Shown: positions 1-8,475 of the stretch, piece after piece
How the letters are laid out: each line of letters opens with the position of its first letter
Position numbering within the stretch: the stretch's first letter is position 1
Assembly: GCA_965249135.1 (NCBI GenBank)
Contig: OZ252220.1
Coordinates: 1,920,001 to 1,984,000 of the forward strand
Length of the DNA stretch: 64,000 nucleotides
Reading direction: 5' to 3'
DNA from: Alphaproteobacteria bacterium
GTDB lineage: Bacteria > Pseudomonadota > Alphaproteobacteria > GCA-2746255
The notes under the pieces: model-generated
What the model saw: the letters and a program-made list of their open reading frames with translations, nothing else
What the model was told of the DNA's origin: nothing
The model's database searches: none
Made by a program: the position numbers and the translations under genes

Positions 1-230
1 CGAATGGTGATTCGTATGCCGTTTACGGGCGGCGAGTCGAAAACGACGTTGCCGCCGCTGCTGTTACCGACGCCGGTGATCGTGTAGGAGGTTGGTGTTC
101 CACCATCGTCAAAAAACACTTTGAGATCGGCGGCATCGAAGATCGGAAAGGGATAAACGAAACTGGTTTGCACGCCATCGGCTGTGTATTGCATGCGCGG
201 CCGTACGTCACCAACGGTGAGTTCACTCAT
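1..230 (-). CDS. T7 gp17-like tail fibre protein, N-terminal adaptor domain (runs off window edge)
   Basis: Not in ORF track. Read manually from ATG at 230 with AAGAGGA RBS: MSELTVGDVRPRMQYTADGVQTSFVYPFPIFDAADLKVFFD..., typical YTADG..F..PF tail-fibre N-terminus. Follows the tail genes. Confidence 0.75.
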   Translation of the reverse strand, partial: MSELTVGDVRPRMQYTADGVQTSFVYPFPIFDAADLKVFFDDGGTPTSYTITGVGNSSGGNVVFDSPPVNGIRITI

Positions 231-278
231 GCCTTAATCCTCTTCCGGTTGTTATCGGTAAATCTTCGAGAATGAAAA

Positions 279-752
279 CTAGCGTCCAAACAACGAAGTT
301 CCGGCGCTTCGCAGAAGTGGGACGCCCCTTTGCAGCGTTTGTAGCCGACCGCGCGCACGCGCATCTGCCGCCTGTAAGAGGTTGATCCGTCCCCGTGACA
401 GACGGGCGTTTTCGATATCGCGAATCTGCGCGTTGCGAAGAAAGGCATCTTCCGCACCTGCTTGCTTGCTTTCTGCGACTAGCCCGCCCAGAACGGCAGC
501 AGCGGAACCTTCTGCAGGGTTTAATCCTCGGCCGGCAAAGCGGGCACGCCGGGCTGCAAGTTCCTGACTAAGAAAACCCTTGCGACGTTGTTCCTCAATC
601 TCGCCAAGACGTCGAAGTTCGCCAATTCGTGTTCGCGCGGCTGCATCGTTTGCCGAAAGTTGGGCTAGATTCTGTCTTGCCTGGGCGCGCGCCGTCTGCT
701 GGGCAGAAAACACGTTAAGGCCAAGCGTTGCGATCGTAGCTAAAGCAGCCAT
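279..752 (-). CDS. Putative internal virion (ejection) protein, T7 gp14-like
   Basis: ATG at 752 overlaps the TGA of tail tube B (TGATG). Ala/Gln/Arg-rich helical 157 aa with hydrophobic N-terminus and RARFAGRGL..EGSA motif. Position after tail tube B. Confidence 0.6.
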   Translation of the reverse strand: MAALATIATLGLNVFSAQQTARAQARQNLAQLSANDAAARTRIGELRRLGEIEEQRRKGFLSQELAARRARFAGRGLNPAEGSAAAVLGGLVAESKQAGAEDAFLRNAQIRDIENARLSRGRINLLQAADARARGRLQTLQRGVPLLRSAGTSLFGR

Positions 753-2657
753 CAGTCGTTCACCATGATTTCGGTTGTGACGGACAAAAGGGTGAAGGGA
801 TAGGGGGTATCCTGCTCGATGCGCCAAAGCGCTTCCGTTCCCTCCGATTTCCAGCCAAGTGCACGCACGCGCTTGTTTCCGGTGAAGGCGGCGGGTGCGG
901 AGTCCAAAACGCCGGATGGCCCGAGCGTCTTGAACGGAAGCTCCTTCGGCCCCTTGCCGATATCCACCCTGAGCGCCTTCGTCTCATGGAGCCGGAAAGC
1001 CGCTTCAATCAACCGAAGCGGAGCAACCTGGCGACTTCCAAACCGACCATCAAGGACCAGCGGCAGAGGCTCGATGTCATGGGTATAGGGAAGGCCGATC
1101 TCGACGGTTGTCGCGGGTTCATTCAGGGTGACACTGCCGCTTGCTACCACCGCGTCGTCCCGAAGAATGCCGTCGGCGATAACCTTGACCGTTTTACCTT
1201 CGATGTGGTCGAGGCCGCTCCATTGGGTCGCGGGTGTACCGCTCTGACCAGTAAGGGCCGAATCGGTGTGGACCGATTCGTCGAAAAGCTCGATCAAGAA
1301 TTGGCCGTTTCGATCCACGAGAACGTAAACGTCACTGCCAACGACGGCGACGGAAAGAAAATTCCCATCCGTTTCTTGCAGCGTCCATGCGGTGACCTGT
1401 TCGGCGCGGAAAGCAGTCACCGTCGCAAGCGTCCCATCCCCCATGACGATGTGAACGAGCCGCCTGGATTGATCAAAATCTTGATCAACCGGCGCGTTCA
1501 TCAGGTGTTGGGATGGCAAGGCCAGATCGTTCGCCTGATAGGCTTGCTCGATGTCCGTAAACAGGAATTCCCGAATCTCTTTCTCGTTCCGAGCGAGAAA
1601 AAGCGTTGCCCCGCCGACGTTGATCGGCGGCAGGGTGCGATCGATGGGAGACCCGATCCGGGTTTGGCGGCGAAGCTGGACCGTCGTCGGCGTCAAGGGA
1701 TCGCCCGTCACCATCCATTCGGCGCCAGAGGTGAAGACTTGCAGGTGTCGGCCTGAAAACACCGAGCGGATCGCATTCACTTGATCGGAAAGAATTGCGA
1801 ACTCGATGGCCTCGTCATCGAGGCCGGTGCCAACATTGAAGTTGAAAATATCGGCCGATTTCGACATCCAAAGCCGGTTCGGTAAATCCCGCGATCCACC
1901 AATGATCAGTCGATCCTGATGGAAGGCGACGGAAACCGGATGGCCTCGCACCGAAGAAAAGGCCTGCTCGTCCCAATCCTTTGTGGAGTTTGTCGAATTC
2001 AAGGTCTCCTGGACGGTAGCATTTGCCAGGGTCGGCGAGACGATGGAGCTGATCAACACTTCCTTTCCCCCAAGCCGGAAGTTTGTCCCCCCGTGACCGG
2101 TCACGAAGATGTCTCCCGTTGCGGTAAGCGTGATGTTACCGGTTGTCGCGCTTGGCTGGAGCTGAATACTGTCGTGGGCAAATTTGAAGTAGGGTTGGCG
2201 CGTGCCCTCCGAATCTGACACATAGCTCCAAGTATCGATTGTCCACGCCGTATCCGACGTTCGTGTAATCTGGCGGGGTGTGTTCGGGGTGGACGACAAG
2301 GAGTGTGTCCGCGCTTTGCGTCCAGTTAATCTGAGGAAGCCTCGCCACGGTCCAAGGCGTCGACGTAATTTCCGCAACCCATTGCTCATCCCGGTAGATA
2401 TCAATCCGCGAATCGGTAAAGACGAGCAGATAAACCTGCTCCGTGTTGAACTCGAAGGAAATGAACCTGCCGGTATCTTGGGCCGTATCGATGAAACGCA
2501 GGCCCGCGCGCCGTTGGATGCCCCCTGTCGGAAAGATGAACGTGTTCCGAAGTTTTGCCGCTCCGTTTTCGTAGGCGCTAAGGTCGCCTCGGCCAAGGAG
2601 AAGCGGCGACAATTCACCGGAGGTGAAATTTGTCTGCGTTTTGTGGACGCGGGGCAT
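752..2657 (-). CDS. Tail tubular protein B / nozzle (T7 gp12-, P22 gp10-like), frameshifted near 2270-2285
   Basis: N-terminus MPRVHKTQTNFTSGELSPLLLGRGD is in ORF 2136..2657; the remainder (PRQITRT...FHQDRLIIGGS...QDTPYPFTLLSV) is in ORF 752..2617. One indel joins them. Confidence 0.8.
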
Positions 2658-3226
2658 CAGCTTCGCACACCGACAAGCGTGAAATCGTCGAGGCCTACGG
2701 GGGTTTCCTGTTGGGAATCAACGAGCCGTGCGTTCCGGAATTCCGCATTCGCAAGGCGGAAAAGGGTTTCGGCGCGACTCGTGCTCTCCGTGATGGGGAT
2801 CGTGAATTCCGCGGCAAGCCGTGTGATCAGTGCTTGGTCGAAGAAGGGTGGAAAGGTCGATTCACCGGGACGGAAAATATAGGTCAACACAACCGCCGAA
2901 GCGTTCGCGTGCAACCTTTGTTCGGCGATTCGGTAAACCAGGCCACGTCCGCGCCCTCCATCGCCTAAGGAAAGCGCGCGCAGGAAATCCGATGGCAACT
3001 GGAAGGCATACACAAAGTCCGCGACGGGCTCCGCTACCAACTGGGGAAGTTCGGCCTGGCCGGTCGCAAATATCCACGGATGCGCGGAAAGGAGCGCGTC
3101 GCGCACAGAAGGGTATAGGTTTGCTGCAACGTCCGCTTCCGCCGTTCCTTCATTGAAGGCGGCAATCGGGTTCGCACCGATCTTGATCAGTGCACGCGAG
3201 CAAAGCGCGATGCTGCTCAACGCCAT
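2657..3226 (-). CDS. Tail tubular protein A / adaptor (T7 gp11-like)
   Basis: MALSSIALCSRALIKIGA...HPWIFAT...YAFQLPSDFLR pattern; lies between capsid and tail tube B. Confidence 0.8.
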   Translation of the reverse strand: MALSSIALCSRALIKIGANPIAAFNEGTAEADVAANLYPSVRDALLSAHPWIFATGQAELPQLVAEPVADFVYAFQLPSDFLRALSLGDGGRGRGLVYRIAEQRLHANASAVVLTYIFRPGESTFPPFFDQALITRLAAEFTIPITESTSRAETLFRLANAEFRNARLVDSQQETPVGLDDFTLVGVRS

Positions 3227-3241
3227 GAAAATCTCCGTTTT

Positions 3242-3276
3242 GAAAAAGAGCAGCCCCGCGGCCGAAACCGCGGGGC
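3242..3276 (-). terminator. Intrinsic terminator after the capsid/decoration genes
   Basis: Minus-strand GCCCCGCGG-UUUCGG-CCGCGGGGC (9-bp stem, UUCG loop) followed by UGCUCUUUUU. Confidence 0.7.
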
Positions 3277-3298
3277 CAGAGCATGAAGGACGTTGGAC

Positions 3299-3568
3299 TT
3301 AGTCCGTGTCCGTACCGCCGACGGCGGTGATGTCGTCGACGTCGACAATCGTCCCCGTATTGCTTGATACGAAGAAGATTCCAGCTGCCATCGTGCCGCC
3401 GGTAGCCACGTTTGCGAGGATCATGTCGCCAACGCGAATGACATCGGCAGCGTCGTTAAAGTAGCCAGCTGTATCGACCGCCGTTGCCGCATCCGGCGTA
3501 GTGTAGTGCCAGAGTGTGAAGCCATTGGCATAACCAATGACACTTAGATCTTGTGGTTTAAACGCCAT
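3299..3568 (-). CDS. Small virion protein, possible capsid decoration/cement protein
   Basis: 89 aa MAFKPQDLSVIGYANGFTLWHYTT...; directly after the capsid gene and before the terminator. Function inferred from position. Confidence 0.55.
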   Translation of the reverse strand: MAFKPQDLSVIGYANGFTLWHYTTPDAATAVDTAGYFNDAADVIRVGDMILANVATGGTMAAGIFFVSSNTGTIVDVDDITAVGGTDTD

Positions 3569-3570
3569 GA

Positions 3571-4389
3571 TTAACTCTCCAAGCAACGCATGACGACGAG
3601 GCCGGTGGTGTCAACCAGACACGCACCTTGCGACATTGAACTGTTGACGAAGTGAGCGGCGCGATCGCCATGCCAAGTAACGTCGGTGCTGACGTCCGCA
3701 CCACTGGCATGCCCAACGGCCGTCTTGTGGTACCAGAAGCAGAACCGAACGCTCGTAGTGAGCGTCAGTCCGGAATGCGGCATCCACAAGGTCCCAAGCC
3801 AGAACTTGGCTTGAGTGCCGCGCCAGGGAAGCTCCTCACTGCCCACGAAGTCCGCATTTGCGAATTCGGGGATTTCAAGCAAATCGCTCCACTGTTTCCA
3901 GCCAATGATGGCGTGGCGTTGCCCGTCGTCGGGAACGTCTGCATCGCCAAGCATCTCGAAGGCCGTCAGTACCTTGGCCTTCGTCAGGCCGTCCGTATTG
4001 GCGCCTGCGAAGTTCGTCGACGTATCGAGTTGCGTGATGATGAGTTCATCCGCCTTGCGACCCAGTGCAAAGGCACCGGCATTCGCAATCACGTGACGTT
4101 CATCGATGTTGGTCTTCAGCTCATCCAGCTTGTCGACCCAGTCACCGGCGTAGTAATCCGCCAACGTACATTCGACCGGCGTGTGGTCGATGTTCATCAC
4201 GGGTACTTGGCCGTGACGCGCTTTCGTTGACGCACTTCCCTTGCCGACTTTCTGGAACACGGTGGACGATCCACGAACATTGTTTTTCGTGCGGACGGTA
4301 TTGCGAAGCTTGCTACCCATACGCTGGTAAGCCTCGCGCACCTCCCGCTCGAACTGCTTAATGAACGTTTGGTCGATCGTTGTGGCCAA
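3571..4389 (-). CDS. Podoviral major capsid protein (HK97 fold, T7 gp10-like)
   Basis: TTG start with GAGGA RBS; MATTIDQTFIKQFEREVREAYQRMGSKLR, DWVDKLDELK, ALGRKADELII motifs; follows the scaffold. Confidence 0.85.
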   Translation of the reverse strand: MATTIDQTFIKQFEREVREAYQRMGSKLRNTVRTKNNVRGSSTVFQKVGKGSASTKARHGQVPVMNIDHTPVECTLADYYAGDWVDKLDELKTNIDERHVIANAGAFALGRKADELIITQLDTSTNFAGANTDGLTKAKVLTAFEMLGDADVPDDGQRHAIIGWKQWSDLLEIPEFANADFVGSEELPWRGTQAKFWLGTLWMPHSGLTLTTSVRFCFWYHKTAVGHASGADVSTDVTWHGDRAAHFVNSSMSQGACLVDTTGLVVMRCLES

Positions 4390-4526
4390 TAGTAGTCCTC
4401 TCGTTTCGGAATGGACGAAGTTACGACTTGCGTAAAATCGCCCGGTTCCCGCAGTGCGGCCGGGGGCTTACGCGGATGCCTTCGGGGCCCCGTGCGGGGT
4501 TCTCCTTTGGGCGGAAAAATTGAAAA

Positions 4527-5309
4527 TCAGGCTTCGGCAGATTCCGGATAGAGCTTCTGGAATCCTTCCGATACCCGGTTGACGAAATCTGGGTCACGGT
4601 CCCGCCAATAGCGGGGATCCTTGATCATTTCTCGAAGCTGGCTCTCGTCGTTGGTCGCGGCACCTGTGCCATTTGACTGTAGGATCGCAGGCTCGCCTTC
4701 CGCCATCATCCGATGCATAACGAAGATCCCTTCGGCGGTTGTTGAAAGCGCGCCCAGGACGGCTTCCGGAAGGTGTGCCTTTCCCCATGCAAAGAGTTGA
4801 CGCGAGATTTCACGCCATTTCTCTTCACCGCCGAAATGGCGCTCGAGGCGTTCCGTCTCGCGTTCTGCTTCGAATTCGGCCCCGGCATTTTCCAGAATCG
4901 GCAGCACCTTTTCCACGGCAAGGTCGTAGACAAGTTGTGCCTGCGCAGACGTGAAGCCGGCTTGAAAGAGCTGTTCATTGACTTCCGGATCCGCGGCTAT
5001 GAGCTCGCTCTTCATTTCCAACTTGTATTCGTCCGGGGAGGTCGGTACACTAAGCGCCTTTCGGAAACTATGAATTTTCTCTTCCGTCGCGCTTTCGCCA
5101 GGCAGGGGGACCATCGTGCCAAGCTTACGTTCAAGTTCTTGATAGGATTTTAGAAGCATGCCGATACGCACTTCCCCAGTATCGGCGTTTCGAAACTTCT
5201 CGGGGATCGCTTCCGTCGTCTCCGTCGGTGTCTCATCGATTGGTTTGATTGTTTCGGGGCCAGGCGCCACCGTCTCCTCCGGCTCCGTCGTCAAAAGATT
5301 CGCGTCCAT
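4527..5309 (-). CDS. Capsid assembly scaffold protein (T7 gp9-like)
   Basis: Acidic N-terminus, IPEKF...KSYQELERKLG, C-terminal DPRYWRDRDPDFVNRV; between portal and capsid. Confidence 0.8.
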   Translation of the reverse strand: MDANLLTTEPEETVAPGPETIKPIDETPTETTEAIPEKFRNADTGEVRIGMLLKSYQELERKLGTMVPLPGESATEEKIHSFRKALSVPTSPDEYKLEMKSELIAADPEVNEQLFQAGFTSAQAQLVYDLAVEKVLPILENAGAEFEAERETERLERHFGGEEKWREISRQLFAWGKAHLPEAVLGALSTTAEGIFVMHRMMAEGEPAILQSNGTGAATNDESQLREMIKDPRYWRDRDPDFVNRVSEGFQKLYPESAEA

Positions 5310-5632
5310 AGCGATTTCCTCTTCCTAACCTTCGGTGTGGAGTCGAGCGCCGGTTCCGGCTCGATCCGGCCACCCCCCCGTTCGATCATGGCAGCGAGAT
5401 AGCCGACAAGCTGGCGCTGTCCCTCGAGATGGCGAAGGCCGCATCCGATGCGTTCGGCCCAAGATGGCGGCCAAGGGTCAACGTCGTCAGATGCCGGAAG
5501 ACCGGTTTGGCCATCCGGCGATCGAAACGTGCGGGCGAAGGCCTCGGCCGTCTCAAGCAGGACATCCTTGCCGGTCTCGCTCGGGAGGCTGGCTTCATCG
5601 AACCAGTTCCAGCCGGCATCATCCACGGCCAT
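5291..5632 (-). CDS. Small phage protein between portal and scaffold (BPP-1 Bbp19-like), with two compensating frameshifts
   Basis: FARTFRSPDG and LRHLEGQRQLV are in one frame; the plausible middle VFRHLTTLTLGRHLGPNASDAA is in the neighbouring frame. Confidence 0.6.
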   Translation of the reverse strand: MAVDDAGWNWFDEASLPSETGKDVLLETAEAFARTFRSPDGQTGLPASDDVDPWPPSWAERIGCGLRHLEGQRQLVGYLAAMIERGGGRIEPEPALDSTPKVRKRKSLWTRIF

Positions 5633-7223
5633 CCTCCTCGGCGTTGGCGGTGTCTTCCGCAGCTTGTGCCGACTCGTTCCCGCCTAGGGCGGCGGCAAGG
5701 ACGGGGGCGGCCTCCGCGACAAGGGCCTCCTCGACGGCTTCTGCTACTTCGGCAAGGGCGATGGCCGGCGCTTCCCGGATCAACTGGTTGGGCACGCCGA
5801 GTTTCCGTCCCATCCACCGGACGGCGGCAGGCAAATCGATGGCGGCCATCCCCTCAGACCCAAAGGATGCTGCCGCATTCAGCCAGGTTAAGGTGAGTTG
5901 CACGTCCTTTTGAATCTGGCTTTGGGCGAGAGGCGAGCGGTATTGCAAGTCGACAAGGCGGCCATCGATAAAGATTTCCGGGATCTCGCCGCGCCGGCGA
6001 AGGATCTGTAACCCGCGGCTCACCAAAGGCGTCAACAATTCCGACTGCAGCCGGCCATAGGTTGCCCCAAGAATGCGTGTCATCTCGGCGGCACGTTCCA
6101 GCACTTCCGTCGCCGTCATGCGGGGGCCGTCAACCTGCCCCAACTGGTCGACGAGCAGCGCCTTTCGGATGCGACTCCGCAGGTCATCGAGGACGATCTG
6201 GGAGACGTCGAAACGCCCGGGCGCTTCGAGTGGCGTAAGCCCTGACGAACCGACGGCCTTCGGGATGATGGTTCCAGGCACGAGCTTGATGTTTGCCGGG
6301 TTAAGCACGCCGTCGTCATCCGCCTGCCAGATGCCGGTCACGGCGATCGTCGCGTTTTTGAGAACGAGCTCAACGACTTTATTCGCCGTCTTAATGTCGG
6401 GTAGCGCCTTCATTACCGGCGAACGACCGTAGATTTCACCCGGCGCCTTCAGCCAGCGGAAATTAAGGAAGGGCGACGAATCGAATTCACCGGTCGCTAA
6501 AACCCATGGTTCCGCCACCTCCCCTTTCTCGCTTTCAAGAAGCGCGTAATAGGCGTACCGGACCCCATCGGGAATGACCGCCTCGATAACCGTGAACTTC
6601 TTTGGGTTGTAGGCCTCGCCCTCCGGCTTTACCCATTCCGGCAAGGGCGCCTTCGGGAAACGCGTTTGGATGGCATCCGCATCGAGCGCGTTTCTGCGAA
6701 ACGTCGTATCGAGCCTGCCGGTGGGGCCTTCGTTGAGGACGGCTTGTGAAAGCGGGATCGCGGTGAACCGAAAGGCGCTCGCCGCCCCTGGCTCCGCTTC
6801 CTCGAAAAGTAGGCACGCCGTTCCCCCGGTAACGAGATCGAGGAAACCCTGATGCATCTCGATGGCGAAGTTCGACCGGTCGAGATGCGATTGCAGCGTT
6901 TTTGCCGCCTGGTCGAGCAGATCGGTAATTGCGGCTTCTTCCTCTTCGAATATCTCTGTTCCGGCGGCGAGACCGAACCAGCGCGCCCAAGGTGGCGTAA
7001 GCTGAGCCAGCAGGCTTGCCGCCAGTTGATCCACCGCATCCGGTGCCGTGCCGCCGAACAGCTTATCCGTCTTTTTCTCGCCGGGCCGGGGGGTGCGCGT
7101 GAATTCGTCCCGTTGCGGCAAGGCAAAATCGTAAGCTTCCTGCCAGTGGCTCTCCCAGAAACTTCGCCGGACGAGTGCCTGACGGTAGCGTGTGTAAACT
7201 GCCTCGGCGGTTAAGCTTGGCAT
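5619..7223 (-). CDS. Portal / head-to-tail connector (T7 gp8-like), 534 aa
   Basis: WESHWQEAYDFALP, LTPPWARWF, GEIYGRSPVMKALPDIKTAN, MTATEVLER motifs. Start at 7223 follows the upstream stop. Confidence 0.9.
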   Translation of the reverse strand: MPSLTAEAVYTRYRQALVRRSFWESHWQEAYDFALPQRDEFTRTPRPGEKKTDKLFGGTAPDAVDQLAASLLAQLTPPWARWFGLAAGTEIFEEEEAAITDLLDQAAKTLQSHLDRSNFAIEMHQGFLDLVTGGTACLLFEEAEPGAASAFRFTAIPLSQAVLNEGPTGRLDTTFRRNALDADAIQTRFPKAPLPEWVKPEGEAYNPKKFTVIEAVIPDGVRYAYYALLESEKGEVAEPWVLATGEFDSSPFLNFRWLKAPGEIYGRSPVMKALPDIKTANKVVELVLKNATIAVTGIWQADDDGVLNPANIKLVPGTIIPKAVGSSGLTPLEAPGRFDVSQIVLDDLRSRIRKALLVDQLGQVDGPRMTATEVLERAAEMTRILGATYGRLQSELLTPLVSRGLQILRRRGEIPEIFIDGRLVDLQYRSPLAQSQIQKDVQLTLTWLNAAASFGSEGMAAIDLPAAVRWMGRKLGVPNQLIREAPAIALAEVAEAVEEALVAEAAPVLAAALGGNESAQAAEDTANAEEDGRG

Positions 7224-7225
7224 CG

Positions 7226-7444
7226 CTATTCCCCCAAGAGCTGCTTGCGACGGGGAAACGCATCCTGCGGCAGCAGCACGCCACGGAAGGAGGTGGCGAT
7301 CGTACCCGCCCGTCCGCGCCGGCGAAGGCCTTGGCTGCTCGTTGCCTTTGCTGCTTGCGAGGCCTCTTTGGGCGGGCGCGCGGGTTGGGGTAAGGCCCGC
7401 GGCCACACGGGTAGCGGTCTTGGGGAGCCAAACAGACTAGACAT
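7226..7444 (-). CDS. Small pre-portal virion assembly protein (T7 gp7.3-like)
   Basis: MSSLFGSPRP...RRRGRAGTIATS..G...KQLLGE, typical of the small gene before podoviral portals. Confidence 0.6.
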   Translation of the reverse strand: MSSLFGSPRPLPVWPRALPQPARPPKEASQAAKATSSQGLRRRGRAGTIATSFRGVLLPQDAFPRRKQLLGE

Positions 7445-7455
7445 TACTTGACCCC

Positions 7456-7489
7456 CTTTCCCGAAAGCCGATCTTTCCCGAAAGCCGAT
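7456..7489. repeat. Perfect 17-bp tandem repeat CTTTCCCGAAAGCCGAT x2
   Basis: Copies at 7456-7472 and 7473-7489, each containing the inverted repeat CTTTC-CC-GAAAG. Confidence 0.85.
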
Positions 7490-7492
7490 GTG

Positions 7493-7529
7493 AAAAAGTG
7501 AGCACCTCCCGAGGGGAACCGGGAGGCGC
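7493..7529 (-). terminator. Terminator-like hairpin in the leader of the structural operon
   Basis: GCGCCUCCCG-N8-CGGGAGGUGC then UCACUUUUU. The G-U pair forms only on the minus strand. Confidence 0.6.
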
Positions 7530-7555
7530 CGAATAGATGGGTCGTGATGGTAGAA

Positions 7556-7587
7556 AGGAATATAGTCCTATATCCCCTCGCCGTCAA
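7556..7587 (-). promoter_or_regulatory. Sigma70 promoter of the structural operon with an operator over the -10
   Basis: TTGACG (7587-7582) - 17 nt - TATATT (7564-7559); palindrome AGGAATATAGTCCT at 7556-7569. Confidence 0.75.
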
Positions 7588-8048
7588 GAGGAAAGGAAGC
7601 CAAGGACGAGACTCCGTTTACCGAGTCGATCAAGGTGCCTGTAAAGTTGCCAGGGCGTAAAGACATTTGCCGCCCTTATGCCAAGGACACGTTTCACCGC
7701 CTCGACGCAGGTGAAGGGCCGAAGCGGAAGCGATGTCCAGGAAGATGGGAAGCAGTGTGTCGGCGGTGCCGGTAAGATTTCGGTAGTGACGACGCAGAGC
7801 CCATGTTGCCGGTACCAGTCGGCAAGGTCGAAATCGAGCGGCAGATCGAGTGCGACGATCTCCGTTCGATGAACAAGCGGGTCATAAACAAGCCAGCGCG
7901 AACCTTGAAGGATCACCAAGAAACAGTGGCGGTAGCCGCGTTTCAAAATACGCAGCCAAGGAAGGTCCGTCTGATTCGAAAAGACGACAAGGACAGGAAG
8001 CGCCTGCGCCTCCCATTCGTCTCGCAAGTTGCAAGCCTTTCGTCTCAT
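7584..8048 (-). CDS. Hypothetical protein, possible permuted papain-like (His...Cys) hydrolase
   Basis: ATGA overlap with the upstream gene; GYRHCF ... FTCVEAVKRVLG ... TPWQLY pattern. Confidence 0.55.
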   Translation of the reverse strand: MRRKACNLRDEWEAQALPVLVVFSNQTDLPWLRILKRGYRHCFLVILQGSRWLVYDPLVHRTEIVALDLPLDFDLADWYRQHGLCVVTTEILPAPPTHCFPSSWTSLPLRPFTCVEAVKRVLGIRAANVFTPWQLYRHLDRLGKRSLVLGFLSS

Positions 8049-8410
8049 TGCACGATCCCCTTGCCACGCAAAACACAGGCCAGCCGATGCAGCGCTTCCT
8101 CCCATAGAAGCGCGGCCGTCTCTTCCCGTTGGCGTTTTCCGTCGGGTGGCAGCAGTTTTTCGCCATATTCCGACAGCACCAGAAGGTGTTCGCGGCGTAA
8201 TTGCCGTTGCCGGTAAAGACGGTTGACAGCCGAAAGCACATCGTCGGGATCGCAAGGTCGCAACGCCTCGCCGCATCCGGCCGTGATCCGTGCGCCCGCT
8301 CGCCGGGCTTGAAAGCATTGAACGAACCAAAACCAAGCCTCCTCGGCCGTGGCAAACGGCACGCCTGCAAGGGGGAGGTAGGGTCTTGGGGCGTAGCGCT
8401 CGCGTCGCAT
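8045..8410 (-). CDS. Hypothetical 121-aa protein, candidate activator/antiterminator of the virion operon
   Basis: Protein-like ORF (PFATAEEAWFWF...RPCDPDDV...LWEEALHRL..VLRGKGIV); first gene behind the repressor-divergent promoter. Function is inference. Confidence 0.6.
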   Translation of the reverse strand: MRRERYAPRPYLPLAGVPFATAEEAWFWFVQCFQARRAGARITAGCGEALRPCDPDDVLSAVNRLYRQRQLRREHLLVLSEYGEKLLPPDGKRQREETAALLWEEALHRLACVLRGKGIVQ

Positions 8411-8475
8411 TCTGCTTCGATCCTCGTGACCGGAAATTCAGGCCTAGGGGGGAGTAAAAACGGCCTCTAAGAAAC

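Noticed and set aside
3571-4389. Capsid gene as an encapsulin because of its length
   Set aside because: It is embedded with portal, scaffold and tail genes and has podoviral capsid motifs.
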